A stretch of 64,000 bases of DNA from contig NC_042997.1 in NCBI RefSeq assembly GCF_006345805.1, positions 126,232,001 to 126,296,000 on the forward strand, written 5' to 3'. Made by a program: the position numbers and the translations under genes. The notes beneath the pieces are model-generated. The model searched no databases, was not told the DNA's origin, and was given only the letters and a program-made list of their open reading frames with translations. Each line of letters starts with the position of its first letter. The first letter of the stretch is position 1. Positions 37,847 to 51,202 of this stretch are shown here, piece after piece. The DNA is from Octopus sinensis. Lineage: Eukaryota.

Positions 37847-40800
37847 TCATCATCATCGTTTAACGTCCGTTTTCCGCGCTAGCACGTGTTGGATGGTTCG
37901 ACCGGGGTCTGGGAAGCCAGGCGCTGCACCAGGCTCCAGTCTGATCTGGCAGTGTTTCTACAGCTGGATGCCCTTCCTAACGCCAACCACTCTGCGAGTG
38001 TAGTGGGTGCTTTTTACGTGCCACCTGCACAGGTGCCAGGGGTGTCTGGCATCAGCCATGATCGGTTGGTGCTTTTAACGTGCCACCGGCACGGAAGCCA
38101 GCCAAGGCGGCGCTGGCATCGACCACGTTTGGATGGTGCTTTTTATGTGCCACCGGCACAGAAGCCAGTCGAGGTGGCGCTAGCAACAGCCACTTTCGGA
38201 TGGTGCTTTTTATGTGCCACCGGCACAGAAGCCAGTCGAGGCGGCGCTGGCAACGGCCACGTTCGGATGGTGCTTTTTATGTGCCACCGGCACAGGTATC
38301 ACAACTACTATTTCCGTTGATATTTGTTTCGATGTTCATGTACATGCACTTGACTCAACAGGTCTCCTCAAGCACAGCGAGATGTTCCGGGATCCAAGGT
38401 ACTTTGAATGGGCAGGGGCTATGCGGAACTGGTGCCGGAAGCATCCCGGGTCTTTGTAGTCACAGCACATCTCCAGAGATCTCAGTCCTTCGCCATTGCC
38501 TCAGTGAGGCCCAACGCTCTGAGGTCATGCTTGACTACCTCATCCCATGTCTTCCTGGGTCTACCTCTCCCCCTGATTCCTTCAACTGTTCGGGAGCGGC
38601 ACTTCTTCACACATCTCTCTTCATCCATCCGCAGTACATGACCATACTATCACAAGCATCGCTCTTGCACACCGCATCTGATGCTTCTTATGCCTAGCAT
38701 TTCTCTCAGAGTGCTTACACTCTGTCGTGCATTAACACTGACATTACACATCCAGCGGATCATGCTAGCTTCATTTCTTTCAAGTCTACGCACGTCCTCT
38801 GCAATCACGGCCCATGTTTCACTACCGTGAAGCCTGGCAGTTCGCACACATGCATCATACAATCTACCTTTGACTCTGAGTGAGAGACCCTTTGTCGCCA
38901 GTAGGGGTAGGAGCTTTCTAAACTTTGCCCAGGCTATTCGTATTCTAGTGGTGACACTCTCTGAGCATCCACCTCCACTACTAACTTGGTCACCCAGGTA
39001 GCAGAAACTATCAACTACTTCTAGTTTCTCCCCCTGGAGTGTGATGGAATCTGTTTTCTGAGTATTTGTGGTGTCTATTGTCCCTGTGCATCTGCTGCAC
39101 ATGAAAGCTATCTTATCAGTTAATTTCCCTTTGATGTTGCTGCACCTCTTATGCGTCCATAGCTTACACTGGGTGCATCTTATGAAGTTTCTACCTACAC
39201 CTTTCCTACAGCTCGAGCAGGGCCACCTGCCTGATGGGGTGTGTGCTGAGTTCGCCTTTCTGCTTACTATAACTTTGGTCTTCACTACATTTACTCTGAG
39301 GCCCTTTGATTCTAACCCTTGTTTCCACACCCAAAATTTCTTTTCTAGTTCCGGTAGTGATTCTGCTATGAGAGCCAGGTCATCAGCATAGAGGAGCTCC
39401 CAGGGACAACCTGTTTTGAATTCCTCTGTTATTGCCTGGAGGACTATGATGAATAAAAGGGGACTGAGGGCTGAGCCTTGGTGTACACCTACTTCTACCC
39501 GGAATTCTTCACTATATTTGTTGCCAATCCTAACCTTGCTGACAGCCTCTCTGTATAGAGCCTGTACAGCCCTTATTAGCCATTCGTCAATCTCCAGTTT
39601 CCGCATCGACCACCAGATAAGGGATCGGGGAACCCTGTCAAAGGCTTTCTCCAAGTCCACAAAAGTTATCTTTAGCTAGGTACTTCTGCAGTTGTCGGTC
39701 CAGGAATATAGCATCAGTGGTGCTTCTACCCGGCACAAAACCGAACTGCATCTCATCTAAGCAAATTCTCTCCCTGATGAGATGGGTTATGACCCTCTCT
39801 GTGACCTTCATCACCTGATCCAACAGTTTAATACCCCTGTAGTTATTTCTATCTAGAGCATCACCCTTACCCTTGTAGCAGTTGACTATGGTGCTGCTAC
39901 GCCAGTCATTGGGTATGACTCCATTATGAACTACCTGGTTTACAATACGGGTGACTAGGCCATAGCCCACATAACCAGCTGTTTTAAGCATCTCAGCAGT
40001 GATACCTGATGGGCCGGGGGCTTTACCTGGTTTCATACCCTTAATTGCCTTAACTACAAGGGAGCTGTCTATTTGGATAGCTGGTCCCTCTACTGGGTCA
40101 ACATTTGGCAGGCTCTCCTCCTCCCATTCATTCTCCACATTCAGCAGTCTTTCATAATGGCTTCTCCAAGCCTCTTTCTTTTCACCAACATTAAAAGCAA
40201 GTGCCCCATCATCCATGCGGACACATTTCTCTCCTGTAACATCACTATTTTCTCTCACACACTGTCTAGCAATCCGAAATACCTCAGTTCTTTGGTCCTC
40301 ACGTCGCTGGACATTGGCAAACTTCTTCTTTTCTGCTATATCTTTGGCTATGTATACCTGCTGCCCGGCCTCCCTTTTGGCTACTTGTTTCTTTGAACTA
40401 ATGGCTTTGTCTACTGCACTATTCCACCACCACGTAACTCTAGGTCTGGAAGGAACTTTTCACCATCCACAGACTTGGTCTGTGGCACTCAGCAAGCTGT
40501 CCCGTAGGAATTTCCAGCTACCTTCTATGTCCGACGTCTGTAGCTCCTCCTCCCCCTCATCAAATTTCTTGATGAGGATGTCCCTAAATCTCTGACCATG
40601 TGAAGGGTTCTTTAGCTTCCAAATCCTTCTTTTCTGGATTGGTCTGTTTCTTGGAGTCCTTCTGGCCTCAAGCCTAAAGTCACTAATTATTAGCCTATGC
40701 TGAGGGATACACTCTTCACCCGGGAGGGTCTTTGTATTTAAGAGCAACCCTGCATCCCGCTGTCTGGTGAAGATGAAGTCTATTTGGCTAGCAGAGTCTC

Positions 40801-41226
40801 CTGACTGATAAGTTATAAGGTGGCAGTCAGGCTTCCTGAAGTTAGTGTTGCAGATTAAAAGGTTACATGCATCACAGAATTCCAGTAGTCTAGTTCCCTC
40901 ATCATTTCTGGTGCCAATACCATGGCCACCGTGTACCCCAGTGAAGATACCCGATTCCCGCCCAACATGCCCATTAAAGTTTCCACCCACAAAGATGAGG
41001 TCCTTGCCACTAGTCTTTGAGGTAGCCTGTAGAAGGGTATCATAAAAGTGGTCCTTCTGATCATTTGGTAGCCCCGCATGTCGGGCATAGGTGGAGATAA
41101 TCGTAGCTGTGCCACTCTGTAGGACTAACCTGAGCTTAAGCACTCTATCGCAAACCCTGACAACCTCTATGACCTTATCCACCCATTTCTCCACAAAGAG
41201 AATGCCTACACCCCCTACCCCATCCA
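37846..41226 (-). mobile_element. Near full-length RTE-clade LINE (APE endonuclease, RT, PHD-like finger, 3' UTR), disabled
   Basis: ORF pieces 41227-40460 (GVGIL, GDFNGH-like, SQIDF, QHR), 40258-39638 and 39660-38650 (DLEKAFD, GVHQGSALSP, LLYADD). In-frame TGA at 40460, frameshift at ~39660, stops at ~38650. (TA)n on both flanks. Confidence 0.97.
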
Positions 41227-41301
41227 TGTTACCTTATATATGTATATATATGTATATATATATATATACATATATATAATATATAATATATAATATATAA
41301 A

Positions 41302-41336
<35 letters not shown>

Positions 41337-41551
41337 ATAGTGTGGCTATGCTGGGGCACTGCCTTGTAGAATTTTAGTCAAATGAATCCACCCTGCACTA
41401 TATTTCTAAGCATGGTACATGTTCTATCGATCTCTTTTGGTCTAACTGCTAAGTTATGGTGATATAAACACACCAGAATCATTGGTGGGGAACAACACAA
41501 ACAGAAAGAAACACATGCACACACACACACACGCACGCACACACACACACT

Positions 41552-41583
<32 letters not shown>

Positions 41584-42727
41584 TACATGCTTCTTTCTGT
41601 TTCTATCTACCAAATCCACTTATAAGGCTTTGGTCAGCCTGAGTCTATCATAGAAGACAAAGTGTGATTGATACCAAGAACCATGTGGTTGGGAATCAAA
41701 CTTCTTATCATATACCCATGCCTGTACCTACATATTTATATTTAACATATACACACTTACATACACATATAGAAAATGTTAAAAACATTCCACAGAAGTC
41801 TGGAAATAAGCAAAAACAATGAAAGGAATAAAGTGTACAATTTTTTTTTACATTCCAGTAATTAATTCCAAAGTACATACTTACAATTATGTCAATATAC
41901 AATAAAATGTATTCATAAGCAGATTATCACAATCAAATTATTTGAAAAGAGATTATTACATATTCCAGAATATGATATTATACACAAAATACATTCCTAT
42001 AATTAAATCATTTCAAGATTATGTATTCCAAAGTACATTTTTACATTCAAATCATTTCAAAACATTATTAACATTTCAAAGCACATAATTACAAAAATAC
42101 ATAATCAGATATTCCAAAGTACATAGTTCCAAACCGGTTTCACTTCTTATAGTTGATGTTCATTGCAGTGAAAGTAGGCAAGTGGCCAAGTAGTTAAGGT
42201 GTTGGATTCATTCTCATAATTTGGTGATTACAACAATAACAACCACGATAGTGATGGTGGTAAGGAGATTGGTTGTGATGATAATGATAGTTGTAGAGCT
42301 GCTGGTGGTCATCATCATCATCGTTTAATGTCCACTTTCCATGCTAGCATGGGTTGAACGATTTGACTGAGGACTGGCGAACCAGATGGCTGCACCAGGC
42401 TCCAATCTTGATCTGGCAGAGTTTCTACAGCTGGATGCCCTTCCTAACGCCAACCACTCTGAGAGTGTAGTGGGTGCTTTTACGTGCCACAGGTATGAGG
42501 GCCAGTCAGGCAGTACTGGTAACAGCCATGCTCAAATGGTGTCTTTTTTTTACGTGCCACCTGCACAGGAGCCAGTCCAGCGGCACTGGCAACGATCTTG
42601 CTCAAATGTTTTTTCATGTGCCAGTAATAATCATTGCTTATGTTTTTCCATTGCTGATCTTAAGACCAACTATTTGAGCTTCTGTTGCTAAAACTGGCGA
42701 TCACATCTTTCATTAGTGTAGATAGGC

Positions 42728-43165
42728 ACAAGAGTGGCTGTGAGGTAAGTAGTTTGCTTACCAACCACATGGTTCTGGGTTCAGTCCCAATGTGTGGCAC
42801 CTTGGGCAAATGTCTTCTACTATAACCTCTGGCTGACCAAAGCCTTGTGAGTGGATTTGGTAGATGGAAACTGAAAGAAGCCCATTGTATATATATATAC
42901 ATATATATATGTTTGTGTGTGTGTGTGTGTGTGTATGTTTGTGTGTATATGTATGCTGTCTGTGTTTGTCCTCCCACCATCACTTGACAACTGATCCTGG
43001 TGTGTTTATGTCCCCATAACGTAGCAGTTCAGCAAAAGAGACCAATAGAATGAGTACTAGGCTTACAAAGAATAAGTCCTGGGGGGGGTCGATTTGCTCA
43101 ACTAAAGGCAGTACTCCAGCATGGACACAGTCAAATGATGGAAACAAGTGAAAGAATAAAAGAAT
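42728..43165 (+). mobile_element. CORE-type SINE
   Basis: Same family as 11007-11430. Confidence 0.88.
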
Positions 43166-43283
43166 ACACTACAGAGGAATCCCAGATTGATAGTGAAACC
43201 AAAGTCTATGAGTTTTCTTTATCCCCGTTTTGATGCAACATGCAATGAATTTATTCATGATGAACTCCACCATCAGTAGGAAT

Positions 43284-43605
43284 GAAAAAATAGGACAACA
43301 TGCATCTTTACATCTCTGTAATAACGTCAAACCTCCCCATATTCCCATTTTAAATCCCAAGGAACAAGAAAATAGGACAGTATGCATCTTTACATCTCTG
43401 TAATAATGTCAAACCTCCTCATATTCCCATTTTAAATCCAGAGGAACAAAAAAAATAGGACAACATGCATCCTTACATCTCTGTAATAATGTCAAACCTC
43501 CCCATATTCCCATTTTAAATCTCGAGGAACAAAAAAAATAGGACAACATGCATCCTTACATCTCTGTAATAATGTCAAACCTTTCCATATTCCCATTTTA
43601 AATCT
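43284..43605. repeat. Tandem repeat, ~83-bp unit, about 4 copies
   Basis: ataggaca recurs at 43290, 43372, 43455 and 43538. Confidence 0.92.
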
Positions 43606-43934
43606 TGATGCTATAACATGTCTAATAAATCGATCATATGATGTTGATATCATAGGTGAGGGATTCCATACAGCATGGTGAACTTCCATACAAATAATTT
43701 GAGAATGCAGTGAAAGGTCTTCTTGAAGTTGATGGAGTTGATGTATCAACATGGAGCTGTTGGAATTTTAAAATCAGCTGAGAGATGTTGCAAAACATGA
43801 GGATGTCTTCACTGCAGGGTCTTCTGCCATTGAATCCCCAACCCTGTTCTTCTTATAAACGTTCACCAACTACTTTCTTCAGGTGAAGAACACTTTCCCC
43901 AGCATAAGAGCAGGATAAACAGTCAAACACATTT

Positions 43935-43967
<33 letters not shown>

Positions 43968-44355
43968 CACACACAAACACACACACACATACACTGACAC
44001 ATATACACAAGTATATACATACATTTATATATGTATACATGCATATAAGCATGCATGCTTACATACATTCATAGATACATGAATGCATGCATACATACAT
44101 ACTTACCCATCTATACACATACATACACAGATACATCTTCAACATTTAACATCCATTTTCCATGCTGGCATGGGTTGGATAGCTTGACAGGAACTGGCAA
44201 GGCCAGGGGCTGCACCAGGTTCCATAGTCTGTTTCGTCTTGTGTTCTACAGCTGGATGCCCTTCCTAATGCCAACCACTTTACAGAGTGTACTGGGTGCT
44301 TTTTATGTAATACCATCAACAGTGATTTTTAATGTGGCACCAACACCAATGCTTT

Positions 44356-44387
<32 letters not shown>

Positions 44388-44626
44388 GTATAATAGAAAA
44401 AGGTTTCAAAGAAAAAGACTACATGTGGTATAAATAGGGGAAAAGTAAAAAGAAAGAAAATGCACATTAGGTTTAAATGTGATGACTTTTTTTTATAAAA
44501 ACAAAGATATATACAAACAAATAAATGATTTGAGGCAGAATCAAGAAGTATAAAAATCATTATTATGAGTCAATACAGAAAGTCATACTGGTTTTTTTGT
44601 TTCTTTTTGCTTTTCCTCCACATATA

Positions 44627-44667
<41 letters not shown>

Positions 44668-44668
<1 letters not shown>

Positions 44669-44985
44669 GTCGTTTAACGTCCGTTCTCCATGCTAGCATG
44701 GGTTGGACGGTTCGACCGGGGATCTGGGAAGCCAGAAGGCTGCACCAGGCTCCAGTCTTATCTGGCAGTGTTTCTACAGCTGGATGCCCTTCCTAACGCC
44801 AACCACTCCGTGAGTGTAGTGGGTGCTTTTTACGTGCCACCTGCACAGGTGCCAGGCGAGGCTGGCAACGGCCACGGTCGGATTGGTGTATTTTATGTGC
44901 CACCGGCACGGAAGCCAGACGAGGCGGTGCTGGCATCGGCTACGAGTCGGATGGTGCTTTTTACGTACCACCAGACCAGGGATCC
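44668..44985 (-). mobile_element. RTE-type 3' tail element
   Basis: Closely similar to the RTE 3' UTR. Preceded by (TA)n. Confidence 0.85.
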
Positions 44986-45000
44986 TGACTATATATATAC

Positions 45001-45444
45001 ATCAAATAAATAATAACAGACGATGGATAATTGTCAGTTCATTACAACTGTTTCTTACTCATCTTTTCAAAAGAAGAATGAGAATATTACTTCATTACAA
45101 AAACCCGTAATCATCAGATGAAACATAATTTTACAAACAAAAAGACTATTCCAAGAATACAGCAGGGGCGTGACTAAAGTTTGATGAGATCAGTTATGAA
45201 AAGGGAGAATGACCAATGGCCAACTTTGTTGGTCAGTCTCCCTTTACATAGTTGGCCTTGTCAAACTTTAGTCACATCCCTGCTGTAATCTTGGGATAGT
45301 CTTTTTGTTTGTAAAATTACGTTTCATCTGATAATTACGATTTTTTGTAATGGAGTAATATTCTCATTCTTCTATTAAAAAGATGAGTAAGAAATGGCTG
45401 TAATGAGCTGTCAATTATCCATCGTCTGTTATTATTCATTTGAT
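45001..45444. mobile_element. Fold-back palindrome (~215-bp arms) with an HHR motif in each arm
   Basis: Minus 45122-45038: UUCAU CUGAUGA UUAC...GUAA GAAA C AGUU G UA AUGAA. The plus-arm copy is mutated (CUGAUAA, GAAAU). Confidence 0.85.
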
Positions 45445-45894
45445 TATAATACACTGAGGGGATTTACGATTTGTTGGACACCTTAGAGAAGCATTTTTCA
45501 ACTGGTGTTCTCCAGAACCCTAGGGTTCCACAAAAGTTTCCTAGGGGTTCTGTAAGAGTGAGATAAGCTAATGCTAATTTCATCAACATAATATTACTAT
45601 ACATGCACAACATATTATTGGTTATTGTAATATAGACATCATCCTATGTAACCTATTATGCTATCAAAAGATACTCTCTCTTTTTATTTTCTCTCTCTGT
45701 TTATTTCTGTGTTTCTTTCTGTTGAAGAGAGTAGGCTTAAAATGTTAAAGACTTTCTCACTTCCTGAGTGTTAAACTAATACATCTGTTTGTTGTTTACA
45801 TATCCATCTTTGTCTTTTGTTTTGTTTGTTTTTTGTAAATATATATTTATATGAGGTAGTTTTGTGCCATTTAGCATCTTCTTTCAGTAAACAA

Positions 45895-46655
45895 AAATAT
45901 CCTGTTGTTAATGTTGAAATTCCAATGAAGGAGCCTTGGATCCTCCTCCTCCTCCTCGTTTAACTTCTGCTTTCCTTGCTGGTATGGGTTGGATGGTTCA
46001 ACTGGGGTCTTGGAAGCCAGGAGGCTGCACCAGGCTCCAATCTGATCTGGCAGTGTTTCTACAGCTGGATGCCCTTCCTAACGCCAACCACTCCAAGAGC
46101 GTAGTGGGAGGTTTTTACGTGCCACCAGAACAAGGGCCAGAGGAGGCTGGCAATGGCCATGGGAGCCAGTCAAGTGGTGCTGGCATCAGCCACAACTACA
46201 ATTTCCATTTGATTGTGGTTTGATTTGATTTTGATATTGATGCTGATGTACTCTAGGTTAGAAACCAGTTCTTTTTCTATGGGCAAGAAATCTGGAAATA
46301 AAACTAAATAAGGACATACATAGATCCGATCCAAAGCTGGAGCTGTAAAAATCTGTAAAATTTTCCAGAAGTTTAACATTTAAATATATATGAGCATATC
46401 TAGATATGCAATTATATGCATGAGAATACATAAAGCAAAACATACAAATCTGCACATATATATACATACGTATATATACATACACACATACATACATGCA
46501 TGCATGTATATAGACATGCATTTATACATATATAGATACAAACAAAAATACTCTGTTGATGTTGAAATTCCAATGAAGGAGCCTCGGATTTAGGTTGGAA
46601 ACTAGCTCTTTCTCTATTGGCAAGAAATCAAGAAATAAAGCTGAACAATGATGTT

Positions 46656-46692
<37 letters not shown>

Positions 46693-47227
46693 CATACATT
46701 GATACATACATACGTACATCCAATCCATCACTGGAATGGTAAAAATCTGTAAAACTTTCCAGAAGTTTAGCATTTAAATATATATGAGCATGTCTAGATA
46801 TGCAACTATATGCATGAGAATACATACATAAAACATAAAAATCTGCACATACATGCATACATAACATCCATCCATCCATCCATCCATCCATACATACATA
46901 CATACATGCATACATACATTTTTCAAAATGTAACCACATGTAAATCGTTGGCTATTTTCTTTCTCCATCTTCCCTTCTATTGGACTGTCCTCTGTTTCCG
47001 AAGAAGGGAGTCTGCTCGAAATGTTAAACCATCTTTCTTTCGTTCCCTGAGCATCTACTAATACTTTACATGTACCACGTCCTCACGTTGTTGTTTTTTA
47101 TGTTTGTTCTTCTACATACATACATTTTTCCATACAAACAAAAATACCCTATTGTTGATGCTGAAATTCCAATGAAGGAGCCTTTCTTTCTCTATTGGTA
47201 AGAAATCTAGAATAAAACTGATCACCG

Positions 47228-47261
<34 letters not shown>

Positions 47262-47917
47262 CAAATAAAATTAAAAACAGAACACAAAGGATATCGCGGT
47301 ACACGTGTTTCATGCTTTATAAACAATCCATTATTACATCAGTGTATTATTGATATAAAAGATGGTTTAAAGCTCTCTTCAGCGGCAAACATTGTTAGTC
47401 CAAAGAATTACATCACAATATAAAAAATATGGAAAGAACATATAGTATTACTCATTATAATAGGTATATCATATCTCTCTGAGAAAGTCTATTTGTAAAA
47501 ATTTCCTAACTGTATAACTGTATAAAGATTCATTGGATTTCGAAAATCTGCCCATACTGTATCACCACTCAATACAGTTAGGAAATTTTACAACTACACT
47601 TTTTCAAGGAGATATGATAGACCTATTATAATGGGCATTACTACATGTACTTTTCATACTTTTTATATATTGTGATGTAATTCTTTGGACTAACAATGTT
47701 TGCGGCTGAAGAGAGCTTTAAACCATCTTTTATATCAATAATACACTGATGTAATAATGGATTGTTTATAAAGCATGAAACACATGTGCTGCAATATTCT
47801 TTGTGGTCTGTTTTTAATTTTATTTGATATATTCTCCCTCACCTCTGCCACTATCTGGCATATACAGGTGCCTACACTTATCAAGTATTCACCCTAAATT
47901 TACAGTACATACATACA

Positions 47918-47952
<35 letters not shown>

Positions 47953-48113
47953 CCATCACTGGAACTGTAAAAATCTGTAAAACTTTCCAGAAGTTTAGCA
48001 TTTAAATATATATGAGCATGTCTAGATATTCAACTATATGCATGAGAATACATACGTAAAACATATAAATCTGCACATACATGCATACATACATACATAC
48101 ATACATACATACA

Positions 48114-48147
<34 letters not shown>

Positions 48148-48290
48148 CATACATGAAAAATACCCTGTTGTTGATGTTGAAATTACAATAAAGGAGCCTT
48201 GGATTTAGGTTAGAAACTGGCTCTTTCTCTATTGGCAAGAAATCTAGAAATAAAACTGAACAAAGACATACATACAAACATACATATGTA
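45895..48290. repeat. Cluster of ~350-400-bp compound repeat units interleaved with (TACA)n and insertions
   Basis: gatgttgaaattccaatgaaggagcc recurs at ~45910, 46558, 47157 and 48172. ctgtaaaaatctgtaaaa recurs at ~46342, 46738 and 47965. Confidence 0.8.
47258..47830. mobile_element. Fold-back palindrome (~255-bp arms) with an HHR motif in each arm
   Basis: Minus 47388-47294: UUGCCG CUGAAGA..GAAAC ACGU GUA CCGCGA. Plus 47700-47794: UUGCGG CUGAAGA..GAAAC ACAU GUG CUGCAA. Confidence 0.85.
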
Positions 48291-49547
48291 CACAGCACAC
48301 ACTGCTACATTTCTGATCCACCCAATATTTGATGTGGTTCAAATAAATATTTGACAAACACTCACAATGAAAGTTAAGTACATCTGATATAGTTATAACT
48401 GGATTTATAGGGTATTCGACACATACCCCAGGTGGTAGTTTTAAGGGTAGCTTTATCATTGAAAACTTTAATCAATATCTTAACACTATATGTTGAACTA
48501 TTTTACTGTTGAGGGTGGGGGATGTGTTGCTGTTGTTGTTGTTATTGTTGTAGCAGTTGTTATTTTTTTCCTTTTAAGTAAATATTTATTTACACTAGCA
48601 TAATTATATTTATGTAGGGTGGGTCAGATTTGTACCAGTATGTGGCATGTATGTATGTATGTGTGTGCGTCTGTATGTATGTCTGTATGTATGTGTGCAT
48701 GTGTGCGTGTATATGTGTGTGTGTGCATGTATGTATGTATGCATGTCTGTATGTATGTAAGTATGCATTTACGTATGTATTTATGTATGTATCTATGTGT
48801 GCGTATGTATGTATATATGTATGTATGCAGGTATGTATCTATGTATGTATGTACATATATATGTATGCACATATTCACTTATGTATGTTTGTAGGTGTCT
48901 ATATGTATGTGTGTGTGCATGAGCTTATGTATGTGTGTATGCATGTATGTATTCACGTATGTATACATGCATGTATGTGTGTGTGTATGTGTGCATGTGT
49001 GTATGTACATATATATATGTGTATAAGAATGTATTTACGTATGTATGTTTATATATTCAGAAGTGATATTAATATTTGTAGACTTACAAAAAACTTCCAA
49101 TTAGATCAAAAATTCTTTAAGTACCATAACTGCATGGTACCCCACCGCAGATGATTTGCACCATTACAATACATTTCCCAGATCTCAGAGCCACCATTTT
49201 TGCCCTTGATGGTAAAAATGGAACTGTGATGCAATTGCCAGAATTCTTGAAGGAGATACTTTAGAACTCTTTCTTTTTTTCACCATTGTCCTTGATTATG
49301 TACTTCAAGTATTTACAACAAACAGTAAAAGTCTTCTAGTTACTCCAGGGCAATCTTCATGCTGTTTATCCAAACAAACTCTTTCATGTTCAACCCAGTG
49401 CATTCTGGAAAAAGTGGTTGGTATTAGGAAGGGCATCCAGCTGTAGAAACTGAGCCCAAACAGATTACAGAACCCGGTGTGGGCCCTGGACTTGCCAGCT
49501 CCTGTCAAACTGTCCAAGTCATGCTAGCATGGAAAATGGATGTTAAA

Positions 49548-49982
49548 TGATGATGATGATGATGAGGAGGAGGATGATGTGTAGGAGGATGAAGAAGAAG
49601 AGGAGAATGAGAATTAGGATGATGAAGATGATGAGGATGTTTGTAGGAAGATGAGGAAGAAGAGGAGAATGAGAATTAGGATGATGATGATGATGAGGAG
49701 GAGTATGATGTGTAGGAAGATGAGGAAGAAGAGGAGAATGAGAATTAGGATGATGAGGATGAGGATGAGAAGGTACTTGAGGATGAGGATGAGGAAGGAG
49801 AGGATGAAAAGGAAGAGGTAGGGAAGAGGATCAGGAAGATGATGATGATGCTGATGAAGAGGAGGAGGAGGATGTGGATGAGAAGGCACTTGAGGATGAG
49901 GAGGATGAAGAAGAGGATGAAAAGGATGTGGGTGAGGAAGAGGATCAGGAAGATGATGATGATGATGATGACAATGATGATG
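49548..49982. repeat. (GAT/GAG/GAA)n low-complexity tract with ~65-bp higher-order unit
   Basis: gaagaggagaatgagaattaggatgatga recurs three times. Confidence 0.85.
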
Positions 49983-50274
49983 TTTGTGTGTAAGAAGAGA
50001 CTGGCATCTTCATATATAAGGTGTGGGTGGGAGAAAATTAGAGGTGATGTGTGGTAGTGAAGTATGGACAATAATTGTTTACACAGTCTCTATCATCCAT
50101 CACAGGATGTTCCCAGACTCCAGTGTTTATATCTCCAACAGAATATCCTTATTGATAGCAGTGAGTTTGAACCATGTTCCTACTGATTACAAAGTGAACT
50201 TCTTGACCGCTCAGTGATTCATGTGCTCTACACACACACATACATGTGTGTGTGTGAATGTGTCTATCTGTCTG

Positions 50275-50381
<107 letters not shown>

Positions 50382-51202
50382 GTCTGTCTGTCTGTCTATT
50401 TGTCTGCCTGCCAGCCTGTCTGTCGTCTGTCTGTCTGTCTGTCTATCTCCACATATTATATACATACATATATATGTATATACATACGTGTGTGTGAGTG
50501 TGTGTGTATACATTCTATGCAAATATAGGTTCCTACATTTTTCCCTACCTTATACCTGCACCAAATATGACACTAACTAGAACCTTCCTAACTTCTTTCC
50601 CTGGTATTTCTCTTCATATACCACCCTCTGACAATCACCACCACCACCACACCACCACCACACCACCACCACCACCACACAACAACAACAACCACAGTTA
50701 CTAATATCTCTCAACCCTTTCCCTTACCATATCTCTACCACTGACCTATTACCTACTTACTTAAGACCCCACCTTTGCAACCTCCGCACAAACACACATG
50801 TACACAAACACACACACACACACACGCACACAGATCCACCAAAGTCATCACCCCTATGCCAACCACTACCTCTCGTACACCCAATTGCATACCTACACAC
50901 ATTTACTATGTACCACTAGACAATCTTTGCCGCCCCCCCACCGCGCCACCATGCCGCCGCCACCACCACCACCACTACCACCACCACCAACACCACCACC
51001 ATCATCACGACCACCAATATGTCTTATCTGAGATATTTCTGTTGTCAAGCTAACAGTATCTACTATTGTTTTGTGTGTATGGATTTGTGTATGCGCATGC
51101 GGGTACATGAGTATGTGTGTGGTTGTAGTGGTAGTAGTATTACTGGTAGTTCTTGTCAGGAGAACATTGAAAAATTGGTGTTGAGAGTTTGAGGGTTCCA
51201 GT

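Noticed and set aside
43284-43605. Possible CRISPR-like array (also the 59-bp RTE UTR units)
   Set aside because: The units repeat in full with no unique spacers, there are no cas genes, and the context is eukaryotic.
49090-49300. Unique stretch with vague transposase-like words
   Set aside because: No diagnostic motif was recoverable in any frame by eye.
49548-50071. Acidic/basic low-complexity ORFs
   Set aside because: The tract is a trinucleotide-based repeat with stops in the plus frames, continuous with an RTE (GAT)n tail.
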